Assembly (NCBI GenBank): GCA_038131165.1
Contig: JAYPOZ010000005.1
Span: forward strand, 14,114-78,113
From: Rickettsiales bacterium
Lineage (GTDB): Bacteria > Pseudomonadota > Alphaproteobacteria > UBA8366
Reading direction: 5' to 3'
DNA length: 64,000 bases
The translations under genes were made by a program, and so were the position numbers. Of the stretch, positions 39,173 through 48,866 are shown one piece after another. Numbering within the stretch: position 1 is the stretch's first letter; each line of letters opens with the position of its first letter. A model generated the notes under the pieces. The model was not told the origin of the DNA. It saw nothing but the letters and a program-made list of their open reading frames with translations, and made no database searches.

Positions 39173-40006
39173 TCAGGCGCCTTTGAAGGCTTTGAAACGG
39201 TCGGCGAAATCCGGATGCCAGCGCGACAGCGGCGGCCGGTTTTCCGCGATATCTCCCGCCGCCCATAACACGCGGCGCCGGTCCTCGGCGGTGTCGACCT
39301 CGTCGTCGGGACACAGAATATAGAAATCGCCCCGCTCGACCGCGGCCAGCATGTAGTCCACGACCTGCATCGGGAGCCAGGCCCCTGGCTGGTGGGTTCT
39401 GGTGCCGGTCGTCGTCCATCCGGGAATCAGCAGATGGGCGGTCACTTGGCAGCCGTCCCGGTTGCGCAGCTCGTGCTGCAGGCTTTCGGTGTAGTTGATG
39501 ACCGCGGCCTTCGCCATGTTGTAGGCGGGTTTGCCGCCGGGCGGATTGGTGATGCCCTGCTTCGAGCCGACATTGACGATCAACGCGGGATCGGCGCCCG
39601 CAATCATCGCCGGGGCGAAGGCGAGCACGCCGTTGACGACCCCCATGATGTTGACGGAGACCGTTCGGCGCCAGGCTTCGGGATTCTCCCAAGTTCCCGC
39701 ATCGATCCGGGTGACGGCGTTGTTCATCAGGAACGCGATTTCTCCGAACTCCGAGGCGACCGTGTCCTGGAAGGCCGTCATCGCGTCGAGCTCGCCGACA
39801 TCCAAGCCGACGGCCCTGACCGTGCCGGCGTCGGGCGATGCTTCTCTCACTTCCCGCGCCGCCGCTTCCAGGGCCTCGTCGGCGATGTCCGTCATGCAGA
39901 CGTTCATGCCGAAGGACGCGAGCTTCTTGCAGGTCGCGAGACCGATGCCGCTGGCGGCGCCGGTGACGACGGCCGTGCGGCCGGGACTGAATGCGGGATG
40001 TGTCAT
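39173..40006 (-). CDS. SDR family oxidoreductase
   Basis: TGAASGIG, NNA, YNMAK. Confidence 0.9.
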   Translation of the reverse strand: MTHPAFSPGRTAVVTGAASGIGLATCKKLASFGMNVCMTDIADEALEAAAREVREASPDAGTVRAVGLDVGELDAMTAFQDTVASEFGEIAFLMNNAVTRIDAGTWENPEAWRRTVSVNIMGVVNGVLAFAPAMIAGADPALIVNVGSKQGITNPPGGKPAYNMAKAAVINYTESLQHELRNRDGCQVTAHLLIPGWTTTGTRTHQPGAWLPMQVVDYMLAAVERGDFYILCPDDEVDTAEDRRRVLWAAGDIAENRPPLSRWHPDFADRFKAFKGA

Positions 40007-40149
40007 ATCTGCTGCCTTTCCGGAAGCGGCGAAAGCGTCGCACCGGTATCTAAAAGGTCAGTTCAAATGCGACAAGGGCAACGTTATTCGGTTAGTCTCG
40101 TCTCATGACGGCTTAATCCGAGTTTTGGCGAGAAGCGGGAGGGCAGACA

Positions 40150-40995
40150 ATGCTGCTGGTACAAATGACCGATACCCATATCGAGGAGCCAGGAGACCTC
40201 GCCTACGGCCGCTACGACACGGCGGCCAACCTGCGAGCCGCCGTCGCCGCGATCAACCGGATGGACCCCGCGCCCGATCTGGTGCTGCATACGGGCGACA
40301 TGGCGCATCACGGCTCCGCCGAACGCTACAGCCACTTCAGGGAGTTGATTGCCGATCTGCGGGTGCCGTTCTATGCCATTCCGGGCAATCACGACGGGCG
40401 CGATTCGTTTCGGGCCGCTTTCGCCGATACCGCGTGGATGCCCAAGGACGGCGTCTTCCTGCACTACGTCATCGACGATTTTGCGCTGCGGATCATCTGC
40501 TGCGATTCCGTCCGGGAAGGCGAGACACCCGGCGGATTCTGCACCGAGCGGCTGTCCTGGCTCGACACGCAGTTGAGCCGGGACCCGGCAAAGCCGACCA
40601 TTGTCGCTCTGCACCATCCGCCGTTCGGCTCCGGCATGACCGGAACCACAAGCAACGGACTGGTCGAGGGCGGCCCGGAACTGGCGGCCCTGCTGCGCCG
40701 CCATCCCCAGGTGGTGCGCGTCATCGCGGGGCACGCCCACCGGCCCTTCACTTGCGCCTTCGGCGGCACGATCGGCTATGCCGCGCCGACGACCTGCTAC
40801 CCTTTCGCGCTGGAGACCGGGCCGGAGCGGGTACTCTCGATCACCGGAGAGCCGCCCGCCTTCGCCGTCCATCTGTGGATGGAGGATGCGGGGGCCGGAG
40901 AGGCGGATCTCGTCAGTCATACGGTGCCGGTCGGCGAGTGGGGCGAGCCGGTTGTGCTGCTGCGCGCCGGAAAGCGGGTTATTTCGGCGGCGTGA
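40150..40995 (+). CDS. metallophosphoesterase (CpdA/GpdQ-like phosphodiesterase)
   Basis: TDTH, TGD, PGNHD, LHHPP, GHAH. Confidence 0.9.
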   Translation: MLLVQMTDTHIEEPGDLAYGRYDTAANLRAAVAAINRMDPAPDLVLHTGDMAHHGSAERYSHFRELIADLRVPFYAIPGNHDGRDSFRAAFADTAWMPKDGVFLHYVIDDFALRIICCDSVREGETPGGFCTERLSWLDTQLSRDPAKPTIVALHHPPFGSGMTGTTSNGLVEGGPELAALLRRHPQVVRVIAGHAHRPFTCAFGGTIGYAAPTTCYPFALETGPERVLSITGEPPAFAVHLWMEDAGAGEADLVSHTVPVGEWGEPVVLLRAGKRVISAA

Positions 40996-41782
40996 CCGCC
41001 GTCGCCAGCGCGCTGCCGTCGCGCGGCCGTTCGGCGGCATCCGGTCGCAACGCTGCCGCAATCCAGTCCCGCACCGCGCCGGACGGCAGCCGCTTGTAGC
41101 TTTTCTGCCCGTCGTCGGGAAGTTCGCCGACCAGCATGAGATGGCCGATCAGGCCGATGGCGAAGATATCGGCCCGGCCGTCGACGGTGTCGGGCGCGTC
41201 GCGCAATTCGGGCGCCACATAAGGGTAGGTTCCCGGAGATTTGAGGGGCAGCGCGGTACCGTCGTCAGCGGAAAGCGCCTGTCCCAGATCGCATATGGCG
41301 GCGTTTCCATTCGCGGCGATCAGAATATTCTGCGGTTTCAGGTCCCGGTGGACGACGCCGCGTCCATGCAGGATGGCGACGCCCGAGAGGGTGTCCCGCA
41401 GAATCGACAAGGCCAGATCGCGCGGCAAGGGATTGGCAGATTTCTTCGGCAGGTTGGTGCCCCACATCCGGGTCGCGATTGTGTCGATGAAATAGGGCAT
41501 GACGAAATAGGGCGCCTCGTCCTCCGTCACGTCTTGGTCCAGTACCGGTACGATGGCCGGATGGTCGAATGTCGCCAACAGAGCCGCCTCCCATTCAAAG
41601 GCGCGGCGCCAGTCCGGCACGGTATCCGCCTGGCGGCGGCGGAGCGCGTGGCGCTGGCGCCGCCGGGACGGTCGGAAGAGTTTGAGCGCGACCGTCCGGC
41701 CGTCGCGTCGGCACTCGTGGACGCTCGAGAAGGGACCACCGCCCAAACGGCGGACTATGCGGTAGGGACCGATGGCGTCCAT
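40979..41782 (-). CDS. Hanks-type serine/threonine protein kinase (kinase domain only)
   Basis: LGGGPFSSV, VALK, HRDLKPQN, DLG, GTYPYVAPE, DIFAIG. Confidence 0.88.
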   Translation of the reverse strand: MDAIGPYRIVRRLGGGPFSSVHECRRDGRTVALKLFRPSRRRQRHALRRRQADTVPDWRRAFEWEAALLATFDHPAIVPVLDQDVTEDEAPYFVMPYFIDTIATRMWGTNLPKKSANPLPRDLALSILRDTLSGVAILHGRGVVHRDLKPQNILIAANGNAAICDLGQALSADDGTALPLKSPGTYPYVAPELRDAPDTVDGRADIFAIGLIGHLMLVGELPDDGQKSYKRLPSGAVRDWIAAALRPDAAERPRDGSALATAVTPPK

Positions 41783-41807
41783 GAATGAGGGCCTGGGGCG
41801 GCTTCGG

Positions 41808-42980
41808 CTATTCGCCGAAAGAGCCGTGGCGCGAGGCGGCCCGGGCCAGACATTGCACAACATCGACCCGCTTGCGCAGTTTGGCCACGAACTCGCGCAG
41901 TTTAGCGCCCTGCAGGATGGTGCCGTTCGGTGCCTTCAGGGCGCCGCCTCTGGCCATGGTGTTCTCCGTCCGAATCAGGTGATCGCTCCACTTCTTCGTG
42001 TAGGCGCCCCACTGCCCCTCGTGATGTTTTTCGATATACTCCGCGATGCTGTTCGGCGTCACGTTTTGCCACCAGTCGACCAGCGGAATAACGCCGCAAT
42101 GCGCTTCCCGGACCCAGTCGTATTTGTTGAAGGCCCGCTTTGGGCCGCTATCGGCCAATGCCCCGGTTTCCGGCAGCGCCGTCAATCCGGATGGCGCCGC
42201 AGCCAGCGGCGCGGGGGCCGGTCCAGGGGCCGGCGTCGGGATTGGTACGGAAGCAGCGGGTGCCGGTGTCGACAGACGCGGGGCCGGAAGAGGTGGCGAC
42301 GCCGGAAGGGACGCCGGCGACACGGCTTCCGGCGTCCCCCGGGGCTGTGCCGCTTCGGGTTGTGCCGCTTGGGGCAGTGGCGCCTGGGGCTGTGGCGCTT
42401 GAACCGCGATCGAAGGGGCGGGAGCCGGCTGCGCGGCCGCCGGTATGCGGGCCGGTTCGCGGCTGGATTTCCATAAATCAAGATACCCATGGGTGAAATA
42501 CCCGATGCCGCCCGCGAGCAGCACCGCACAGGCGCCATAGGCGAGATATCGGCCGCGCCGGTGCCGCAGCACGGTGTTCAGTTCCTCGCCCTGATGCAGC
42601 ATCGACAGGTAGTTCTTTACCTTCGAGGCGACGATCTCCGTATCGAAGGGTTTGACGACGTAGTCGATGGCGCCGAGCTTCAGGGCCGCGGCCTCGAAGC
42701 CCCGGTCGGTCTGCGCAGTGATAAAAACGATCGGAATATGCCGGGTTTCGGGATTCCGCTTCAGTGTCTTGCAAACCTGATATCCGTCCGTCCCCGGCAT
42801 CATGAGGTCGAGGAGAATGAGATCCGGCAATTCTGATTCGGCGAGTTCGATCCCCTTGTCGCCATTGGTCGCCTTGATGGTGTCGGCGCTATCGTGGATC
42901 AGCACGGAAAGATAGGTGCAGATATCCTCGTCGTCATCGACGACGAGCACCAATGGTTTATCGATAGATTCGTCCGACAT
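41808..42980 (-). CDS. response regulator receiver fused to TM helix, Pro/Ala linker and extracytoplasmic domain
   Basis: VVDD, LLDLMMP, FIT, KPF receiver residues; YLAYGACAVLLAGGIGYF TM; PA-rich linker; C-terminal domain with two Cys. Confidence 0.8.
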   Translation of the reverse strand: MSDESIDKPLVLVVDDDEDICTYLSVLIHDSADTIKATNGDKGIELAESELPDLILLDLMMPGTDGYQVCKTLKRNPETRHIPIVFITAQTDRGFEAAALKLGAIDYVVKPFDTEIVASKVKNYLSMLHQGEELNTVLRHRRGRYLAYGACAVLLAGGIGYFTHGYLDLWKSSREPARIPAAAQPAPAPSIAVQAPQPQAPLPQAAQPEAAQPRGTPEAVSPASLPASPPLPAPRLSTPAPAASVPIPTPAPGPAPAPLAAAPSGLTALPETGALADSGPKRAFNKYDWVREAHCGVIPLVDWWQNVTPNSIAEYIEKHHEGQWGAYTKKWSDHLIRTENTMARGGALKAPNGTILQGAKLREFVAKLRKRVDVVQCLARAASRHGSFGE

Positions 42981-43043
42981 TTACGAATCAGCTTAGCACA
43001 ACGGCCTGACCCAGATGTGACGCAGCGCACAGCCGGTATACGA

Positions 43044-44075
43044 CTATTTCCGTGCCGCTTCGACCATCGGCAAGACCTTTTCGCCCAGCAGCCGCACCGT
43101 TCGCAGCACGATCTCCTGGTCCATGCCGAGCCATTGCACCCGGGCCACGAGGCGCGTTAAATCGGTGGCGTCCTGCAGCGCGGCCAGTTGCTCCGCGCAC
43201 TCCTCGGGCGATCCCAGAATGACCCGCCCGGCGATCAGCTCTTCGAGGTCGAGCTGCGCCTTATCCCCGCCGACCGGGCCGGTGAAGAGGCCCCATTGAC
43301 CGAAGATGCGGTAACTCGCCTCGAGGAACGGCCCCGCGTCGCGCAGCGCCGTCGCCCGGTCTTCGGCGACCACGATGTTGCGCAGCAAGGGGAACTCCTT
43401 GGGTCGCGGCTTGCCGAGTTCCGCGAGCCGGTCCTGAAAGACCCCGGCTTGCTTGGTGATGACGTCGCCCACCAGATGCGCGGAGGCGACCCAGCTGTCG
43501 CCGAGCGACGGGTCGGCCAGATCCGCGGCGCGGGAGACCGCCTTGGCGACGCTGCCGCCGTACCACATGGGGGGCCGGGGCCGCTGGACCGGCTTCATCG
43601 CGAGAGACAGGCCCTCCGCGGTAAAGTGCTGGCCCTGGAAATCGACCTTGTCCTCCATGAACAGACGTTGGATCAGGGTCAGACCCTCGACGTAGCGGCT
43701 GATGCGCCGCTTGTAGTCGAGGTCCATGACCTTGAACTCGTCCTCGGTCCAGCCGGGCGCCACGCCGAGAATCAGCCGTCCGCCCGAGACGATATCGAGA
43801 TAGGCCGCCTGCTGCGCCACGTGCAATGGGTGGAACAGCGGCAGGATCAGCATGCTGGTCGCAAGCGACATGCCCTCCGCGGCCGGCGCGAGGCTGGTCA
43901 GTAGTTCCAGCGGCGGAAACCAGGCGGACGAGCCGTAGGAAAGATGCATGCCGACGGCGATGCCGTCGAAACCGACGTCGCGCGCGACTCGGACCTGTTC
44001 CGTATGCTCCGCGAAGCGGCGGGCGAGATCGTCCCCTTCTCTATGTTCGGCGTTGATGAAGAGGGTAAGGTCCAT
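43044..44075 (-). CDS. LLM class flavin-dependent oxidoreductase
   Basis: HPLHVAQQAAYLDIVSGGRLILGV, PRPPMWYGG, GSPEEC. Confidence 0.88.
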   Translation of the reverse strand: MDLTLFINAEHREGDDLARRFAEHTEQVRVARDVGFDGIAVGMHLSYGSSAWFPPLELLTSLAPAAEGMSLATSMLILPLFHPLHVAQQAAYLDIVSGGRLILGVAPGWTEDEFKVMDLDYKRRISRYVEGLTLIQRLFMEDKVDFQGQHFTAEGLSLAMKPVQRPRPPMWYGGSVAKAVSRAADLADPSLGDSWVASAHLVGDVITKQAGVFQDRLAELGKPRPKEFPLLRNIVVAEDRATALRDAGPFLEASYRIFGQWGLFTGPVGGDKAQLDLEELIAGRVILGSPEECAEQLAALQDATDLTRLVARVQWLGMDQEIVLRTVRLLGEKVLPMVEAARK

Positions 44076-44156
44076 AGTAGAAATTCCCTTGATTGGCTCG
44101 CTTTAGAAAACGGTACAGCCCCTTTGGGTGTTTTAATGGCGGAACCGTGGGTGCGC

Positions 44157-44238
44157 CACACTTCGACAAGCTCCGTGTGACGAATAGTGGAGAGTTGCAA
44201 TATCCATTAAAGCGTCGTCTTGACCCGCTCGAAAGGCG
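44157..44238. repeat. degenerate REP-like element (CTTCGACAAGCTC family)
   Basis: CACACTTCGACAAGCTCCGTGTGAC ... CGTCGTCTTGACCCGCTCGAAAGG resembles the copy at 52879-52950. Confidence 0.55.
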
Positions 44239-44273
44239 CCGTGGGCACAATCCGCCTTAGAATATACGGACGC

Positions 44274-44684
44274 TTACTCTGCGGCTTGTGCCGGCGCCTC
44301 GACGATTTCGGTCTCGAAATTCGCGGGCGAGACGATCTCCAGCACCTCGAAATCCTCCGAGCAGGCGATCTCGCGGTGGCGGATGCCCGGGCGCTGATTG
44401 ATCACGTCGCCCTTCTCGATCCGGTGCACGCCTTGGCCTTCGTATTCGAATTCGGCCCAGCCGTTCAGCACCATGACGAACTGGAAATCGCAATGGTGCA
44501 CGTGCCAGTGCTGAACCTCGTCCGGATCGGACATGCCTTTGGAGCGGATCACATGGGCGACGTAATCGCCGTTCGTCGCCGCCTTGATGCCGAGATCCCG
44601 GTACTCGAAGATTTCCCGCAGGCCGGGCGTCCATTCCGCCTCGGACGCATGGTTGTGGGTGAATTTCCAATCCTCTTTCGCCAT
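44274..44684 (-). CDS. cupin domain protein
   Basis: YRDLGI, WHVHHCDFQFVMVLNG, PGIRHRE. Confidence 0.85.
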   Translation of the reverse strand: MAKEDWKFTHNHASEAEWTPGLREIFEYRDLGIKAATNGDYVAHVIRSKGMSDPDEVQHWHVHHCDFQFVMVLNGWAEFEYEGQGVHRIEKGDVINQRPGIRHREIACSEDFEVLEIVSPANFETEIVEAPAQAAE

Positions 44685-44769
44685 GTCTCTCTCCCTCGTT
44701 TAAATGCGGACCAGACCCGCCTTGAAGACGAAACTAGCCCGATCCGGGCCGTTCGCTAGCGTGCCGCCG

Positions 44770-45249
44770 CTATTTTGGCGGGTGCGCGGCCAGCCAGTTG
44801 CGCCGCATCTCGATACATTCGGCCAGCCGCACCCCGGTGACGATCTCGAGCCCGGCGTCGGTCAATTCATTCAGCGCCTCGACCGTATATTTGCCGTAAC
44901 GCCTCGAAGGCGGGTTGAGGTCATGAATGTCCGCATGCCGCGCGCCGATCACCATGCCGGCCAGACCGGACGTCTTGATGGCCCAGCAGCACATCGGGCA
45001 CGGCTCCATCGACGTGTAGCAGACCGCACCCGAGAGATCGGTCGTCCCCAGCTTGCGGCAGGCATCGCGGATGGCGTCGACTTCCGCATGGGCGGTCGGG
45101 TCGGTGTCGCTGGTCACCCGGTTCTGGCCGAGGCCGATCACTTCGCCGTCGCGCACGATGACCGAGCCGACGGGCGAATTGCCCGCCGCTTCCGCCTTGC
45201 GCGACTCCGCGATGGCGATGTCCATGAAATGTCCGTGGTCGACGCTCAT
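44770..45249 (-). CDS. nucleoside deaminase (guanine/tRNA-adenosine deaminase-like)
   Basis: DPTAHAE and EPCPMC zinc motifs. Confidence 0.9.
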   Translation of the reverse strand: MSVDHGHFMDIAIAESRKAEAAGNSPVGSVIVRDGEVIGLGQNRVTSDTDPTAHAEVDAIRDACRKLGTTDLSGAVCYTSMEPCPMCCWAIKTSGLAGMVIGARHADIHDLNPPSRRYGKYTVEALNELTDAGLEIVTGVRLAECIEMRRNWLAAHPPK

Positions 45250-45345
45250 CCGCTCGCTCCCTTCGCAAAGCTCGGTTTGCCGTGCAGCATAGCATGTCGC
45301 CTTGGTCGCCGGCCCTGGAAATCGGCCATCATGCGCCCTGCAGGG

Positions 45346-45978
45346 TCAGGCGGCCCAGCCGTGCTTCGCCCTGTGCCGTTCGGCGAAATCCGTGATCTTA
45401 TCGTCGAATTCCATCGTCAGGCCGATATCGTCGAGGCCGTTCATCAGCCGGTATTTGTCGAAGGTATCGATTTCGAAGGAATAATTCGTCTGATCCGGTC
45501 CGGTGACGCTCTGGCTGTCGAGATCGACGGCGATTTCCGCGCCCGGATTGTCGCGCAATTGACGGCGCAGGGTCTCGCAGGCCTCCGAAGACAGGCGGAC
45601 CGGCAGGATTCCGTTCTTGATGCAGTTCGAAAAATGGATGTCGCCGAAGCTGGGCGCGATCACGCACCGCACGCGGTTGGCGTCGAGGGCGTTGACGGCG
45701 TTCTCCCGCGACGAGCCGCAGCCCCAATTGACGTCCGCGACGAAGATGCGGCCGTGACGGTACGGCTCCTTGTTGAAGACGAAATCCTTCTCGGAGCCGT
45801 CGGCGTTGAAGCGGAGATCATGGAACAGGAATTTCGCGTATTCGGGATCGTCGACGGCGCGGCGCAGGAAGCGCGCCGGAATGATCTGGTCGGTGTCGCA
45901 ATTCGGGATGTCGATCGGAACGGCGACCGAGGCGAAGGTCGTGAACGGTTCGAGCGCGTCTGTGCGGGCGGGGGTCAT
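45346..45978 (-). CDS. leuD: 3-isopropylmalate dehydratase-like small subunit
   Basis: [44 protein letters not shown]; ATGA-type overlap with the large subunit. Confidence 0.85.
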   Translation of the reverse strand: MTPARTDALEPFTTFASVAVPIDIPNCDTDQIIPARFLRRAVDDPEYAKFLFHDLRFNADGSEKDFVFNKEPYRHGRIFVADVNWGCGSSRENAVNALDANRVRCVIAPSFGDIHFSNCIKNGILPVRLSSEACETLRRQLRDNPGAEIAVDLDSQSVTGPDQTNYSFEIDTFDKYRLMNGLDDIGLTMEFDDKITDFAERHRAKHGWAA

Positions 45979-47378
45979 TTCTCCTCCATGAGCTTGCGGA
46001 CGTCGGTGAAATGTCCGGTGACGGATGCGGCCGCGGCCATGGCCGGGCTGACGAGATGGGTGCGGCTGCCGAGCCCCTGGCGTCCGCGGAAATTGCGGTT
46101 GCTGGTCGAGGCCGAACGTTCTCCGGGCGCCAGCATGTCGCCGTTCAGGGCGATGCACATGGAGCATCCGGGTTCGCGCCATTCCATGCCCGCCTCGATG
46201 AAGATCTTGTCCAATCCTTCCGCCTCGGCCTGGTTCTTGACCAACCCGGAACCGGGCACGATCAGGGTGCGGACCTTGGCCCGCCGGCCTTTCGCCACCT
46301 CGGCTGCCGCGCGCAAGTCCTCGATCCGGCTGTTGGTGCAGGCGCCGACGAAGACGGTGTCGACCTTGATGTCGGAAAACGCCATCCCGGGCTTGAGGTC
46401 CATGTAATCGAGCGCCGCTTCCATGTCGACACGGACCATCGGATCGGCTTCGTTCGACGGGTCGGGAATGCGCTCGGTGACGGGAAGCGCCCATTGGGGC
46501 GAATTGCCCCAGGTGACCATGGGCGCGATGGCGTCGCCGTCGAGGGTGATTTCCTTGTCGAAGACCGCGTCCGGGTCGGAGGGCAGAGTGCGCCAATAGG
46601 CGACGGCCTCGTCCCACTTCTCGCCTTTCGGCGCATAGGGCCGCCCGGCACAGTACTCGATGGTTTTCTCGTCGGGCGCGATGATGCCGGAGCGCGCGCC
46701 TGCCTCGATGGTCATGTTGCAGATCGTCATCCGGCCTTCCATGGAAAGCGCGTCGATGGCGGGGCCGGCGTATTCGATGGCGTAGCCCGTCCCGCCGGCG
46801 GTGCCGATCTCGCGGATGATCGCCAGAATGACGTCCTTGCCGCTGACCCCGAAGCCGATCCGGCCGGTGATGTTGATGCGCATCATCTTCGGTTTGCGCT
46901 GCCACAGGGTCTGGGTCGCCATGACGTGCTGGACCTCGGTCGAGCCGATGCCGAAGGAGATGCAGCCGAGCGCCCCGTGCGTGGAGGTGTGCGAATCGCC
47001 GCAGACCAGGGTGAGGCCCGGCAGGGTGATGCCCTGTTCGGGGCCGACCACATGGACGATGCCGTGGCGGTCGTCGGTCATGCCGAAATGGGCAAAGCCC
47101 ATTTCCTCGGCGAAGGCGGCCAGCACTTCGACCGGTTCCCGCATTTCGCCCGCCGGAATATCGTCGACCGTCTTGGCGGTGGTGGGCACGCTGTGATCGG
47201 GGACGCCGAACAGCTTGTCCGGTTCCCTGATCGAAAGGCCCTTCGCCTTCATCGCGTTAAAGGAACGGAAATGCAGGTCGTGCGTCAGGTGCCGGTCGAT
47301 ATAGAGCAGGACGTCGCCGTCTTCGCGCTCGAAGATGACGTGTTCGTCCCAGATTTTCTCGAATACGGTTTTGCCCAT
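45975..47378 (-). CDS. leuC: 3-isopropylmalate dehydratase-like large subunit (divergent; substrate uncertain)
   Basis: [52 protein letters not shown]; atypical HDLHFRSF in place of HEVTSPQAF. Confidence 0.8.
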   Translation of the reverse strand: MGKTVFEKIWDEHVIFEREDGDVLLYIDRHLTHDLHFRSFNAMKAKGLSIREPDKLFGVPDHSVPTTAKTVDDIPAGEMREPVEVLAAFAEEMGFAHFGMTDDRHGIVHVVGPEQGITLPGLTLVCGDSHTSTHGALGCISFGIGSTEVQHVMATQTLWQRKPKMMRINITGRIGFGVSGKDVILAIIREIGTAGGTGYAIEYAGPAIDALSMEGRMTICNMTIEAGARSGIIAPDEKTIEYCAGRPYAPKGEKWDEAVAYWRTLPSDPDAVFDKEITLDGDAIAPMVTWGNSPQWALPVTERIPDPSNEADPMVRVDMEAALDYMDLKPGMAFSDIKVDTVFVGACTNSRIEDLRAAAEVAKGRRAKVRTLIVPGSGLVKNQAEAEGLDKIFIEAGMEWREPGCSMCIALNGDMLAPGERSASTSNRNFRGRQGLGSRTHLVSPAMAAAASVTGHFTDVRKLMEEK

Positions 47379-47492
47379 GGTGCTTTTGTTCGCCTCGCGG
47401 AACGGGTCGGTCTAAGTCTTTTCATGTAAGTGGTGCGCCGAGGGGACCTCGGCGAGAGCCGACGCAAAATTCGATTCAGACACGGGAGCGAG

Positions 47493-47891
47493 ATGATGGG
47501 ACTGACCCTGGCCGAAGCCAATAAAGTGATTGCGGGCGCCATCGCCAAGGCGGACGAGATCGGTTGCAAGATGAACATCGCCGTCTGCGACGGCGGCGGG
47601 CGGCTGCTGGCGTTCCAGCGGATGGACGGCGCCCGCTGGGCCGGATCCTACGGCAGCCAGGGCAAGGCCGTCGCGTCGGCCGCTTTCGGTCGGCCGAGCG
47701 GGGAGCTGACCGAACGCGCCGATCATCCGACCTTGCGCGGCATCGTGGCCGCCGAGGGCCATCACATGTTCCTTGGCCAGGGGGCCGTGCCGATCATCCG
47801 CGACGGCGTCGTGATTGGCGCCTGCGGCGTCGGCGGCGGCACCGCGCAGGAGGACGAGGACTGCGCGCAGGCGGGGGTCGACTGCCTCTGA
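47493..47891 (+). CDS. GlcG/HbpS family heme-binding protein
   Basis: IAVCDGGG, RMDGA, GKA, GAVPI, GVGGGTAQED. Confidence 0.87.
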   Translation: MMGLTLAEANKVIAGAIAKADEIGCKMNIAVCDGGGRLLAFQRMDGARWAGSYGSQGKAVASAAFGRPSGELTERADHPTLRGIVAAEGHHMFLGQGAVPIIRDGVVIGACGVGGGTAQEDEDCAQAGVDCL

Positions 47892-47965
47892 CCCGGCGAA
47901 CTCCCCCTCGTCGGGTGCCGCCTTAGATCAATCCACAGGTTGGGATAGCAGGGAGGACGGAACTC

Positions 47966-48793
47966 ATGAGCGATCTCGAAGGCAAGGTCGTCGTTATCAC
48001 GGGCGTCGGCAGGCCGCAGGGTGTCGGCCGCGCCGCGGCGCTGCGCTTCGCGCGCGAGGGGGCGAAGCTGGTGCTCGCAGACCTCGCCACCGGCGACCGC
48101 CGGGTCGGTGAGATCGAGGGCACCCCGCCCGATCTCGAGGCGATGACGAACGAAGTCGTCGCCGGCGGGGGCGAGGCCATCGCGGTGCCGACCGATGTCA
48201 GCAAGGAAGCGGATGTCCGCCGCCTCATCGCCGCCGCGGTCGAGCGCTTCGGGCGGGTCGATTCGATGGTCGCCAACGCGGCGCTGCTGGCGGGCAAGGG
48301 CGATCCGCTGGACATCTCGCTGGAGACCTTCATGCGGATTCAGGAAGTCAATCTCGCCGGAGTGTTTCTCTGCGCCCGCGAATCCGTGTGCCAGATGCTG
48401 GCACAGGGCGGCGGCGGGACGATCGTCACCGTCGGGTCGCGGGCGGCGCGGCGGGGCGATGCCAATATCGCCGCCTATTCCGCCTCCAAGTTCGGGGTCA
48501 TCGGGTTGACCCAGAGTTTCGCAATGGCCTATGCGAAGGACGGCATCCGGGTGAACTGCGTCTGTCCGGGCGCGGTCGATACCGACATGTATGTCCGCCA
48601 GACTAAGGATTTCGCGGCCCGGGAAGGGCTCGACCTGGAGGCGGCGCGCGAGAAGATGGGCAGCGTCATACCGCTCGGTCGGCTGACCAGCGGCGAGGAC
48701 GTCGCCAAGGCCATCGTCTGGTTCGCCAGCGACGAGACCAGTCACGTCACGGGGCAGGCGTTCAACGTAAACGGCGGCTCCTGGATGAATTGA
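47966..48793 (+). CDS. SDR family oxidoreductase
   Basis: TGVGRPQGVG, ANAA, YSASKFG, VCPGAVDT. Confidence 0.9.
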   Translation: MSDLEGKVVVITGVGRPQGVGRAAALRFAREGAKLVLADLATGDRRVGEIEGTPPDLEAMTNEVVAGGGEAIAVPTDVSKEADVRRLIAAAVERFGRVDSMVANAALLAGKGDPLDISLETFMRIQEVNLAGVFLCARESVCQMLAQGGGGTIVTVGSRAARRGDANIAAYSASKFGVIGLTQSFAMAYAKDGIRVNCVCPGAVDTDMYVRQTKDFAAREGLDLEAAREKMGSVIPLGRLTSGEDVAKAIVWFASDETSHVTGQAFNVNGGSWMN

Positions 48794-48866
48794 GGCCGAA
48801 AGGCACCTTGGCAATTTCGGAGACGCGGTTAGAAAGAACCCTGGCCAAGCAACAGAAGGACGATCG

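Noticed and set aside
42180-42460. Low-complexity Pro/Ala-coding stretch as a tandem repeat element
   Set aside because: It is an ordinary protein linker within the response regulator fusion, with no exact nucleotide periodicity
47889-47891. Other TGA-terminated genes as possible Sec read-through (GlcG-like, LLMs, BVMO, crotonase)
   Set aside because: The proteins are already full family length at the TGA, with no conserved in-frame continuation or Cys-equivalent position
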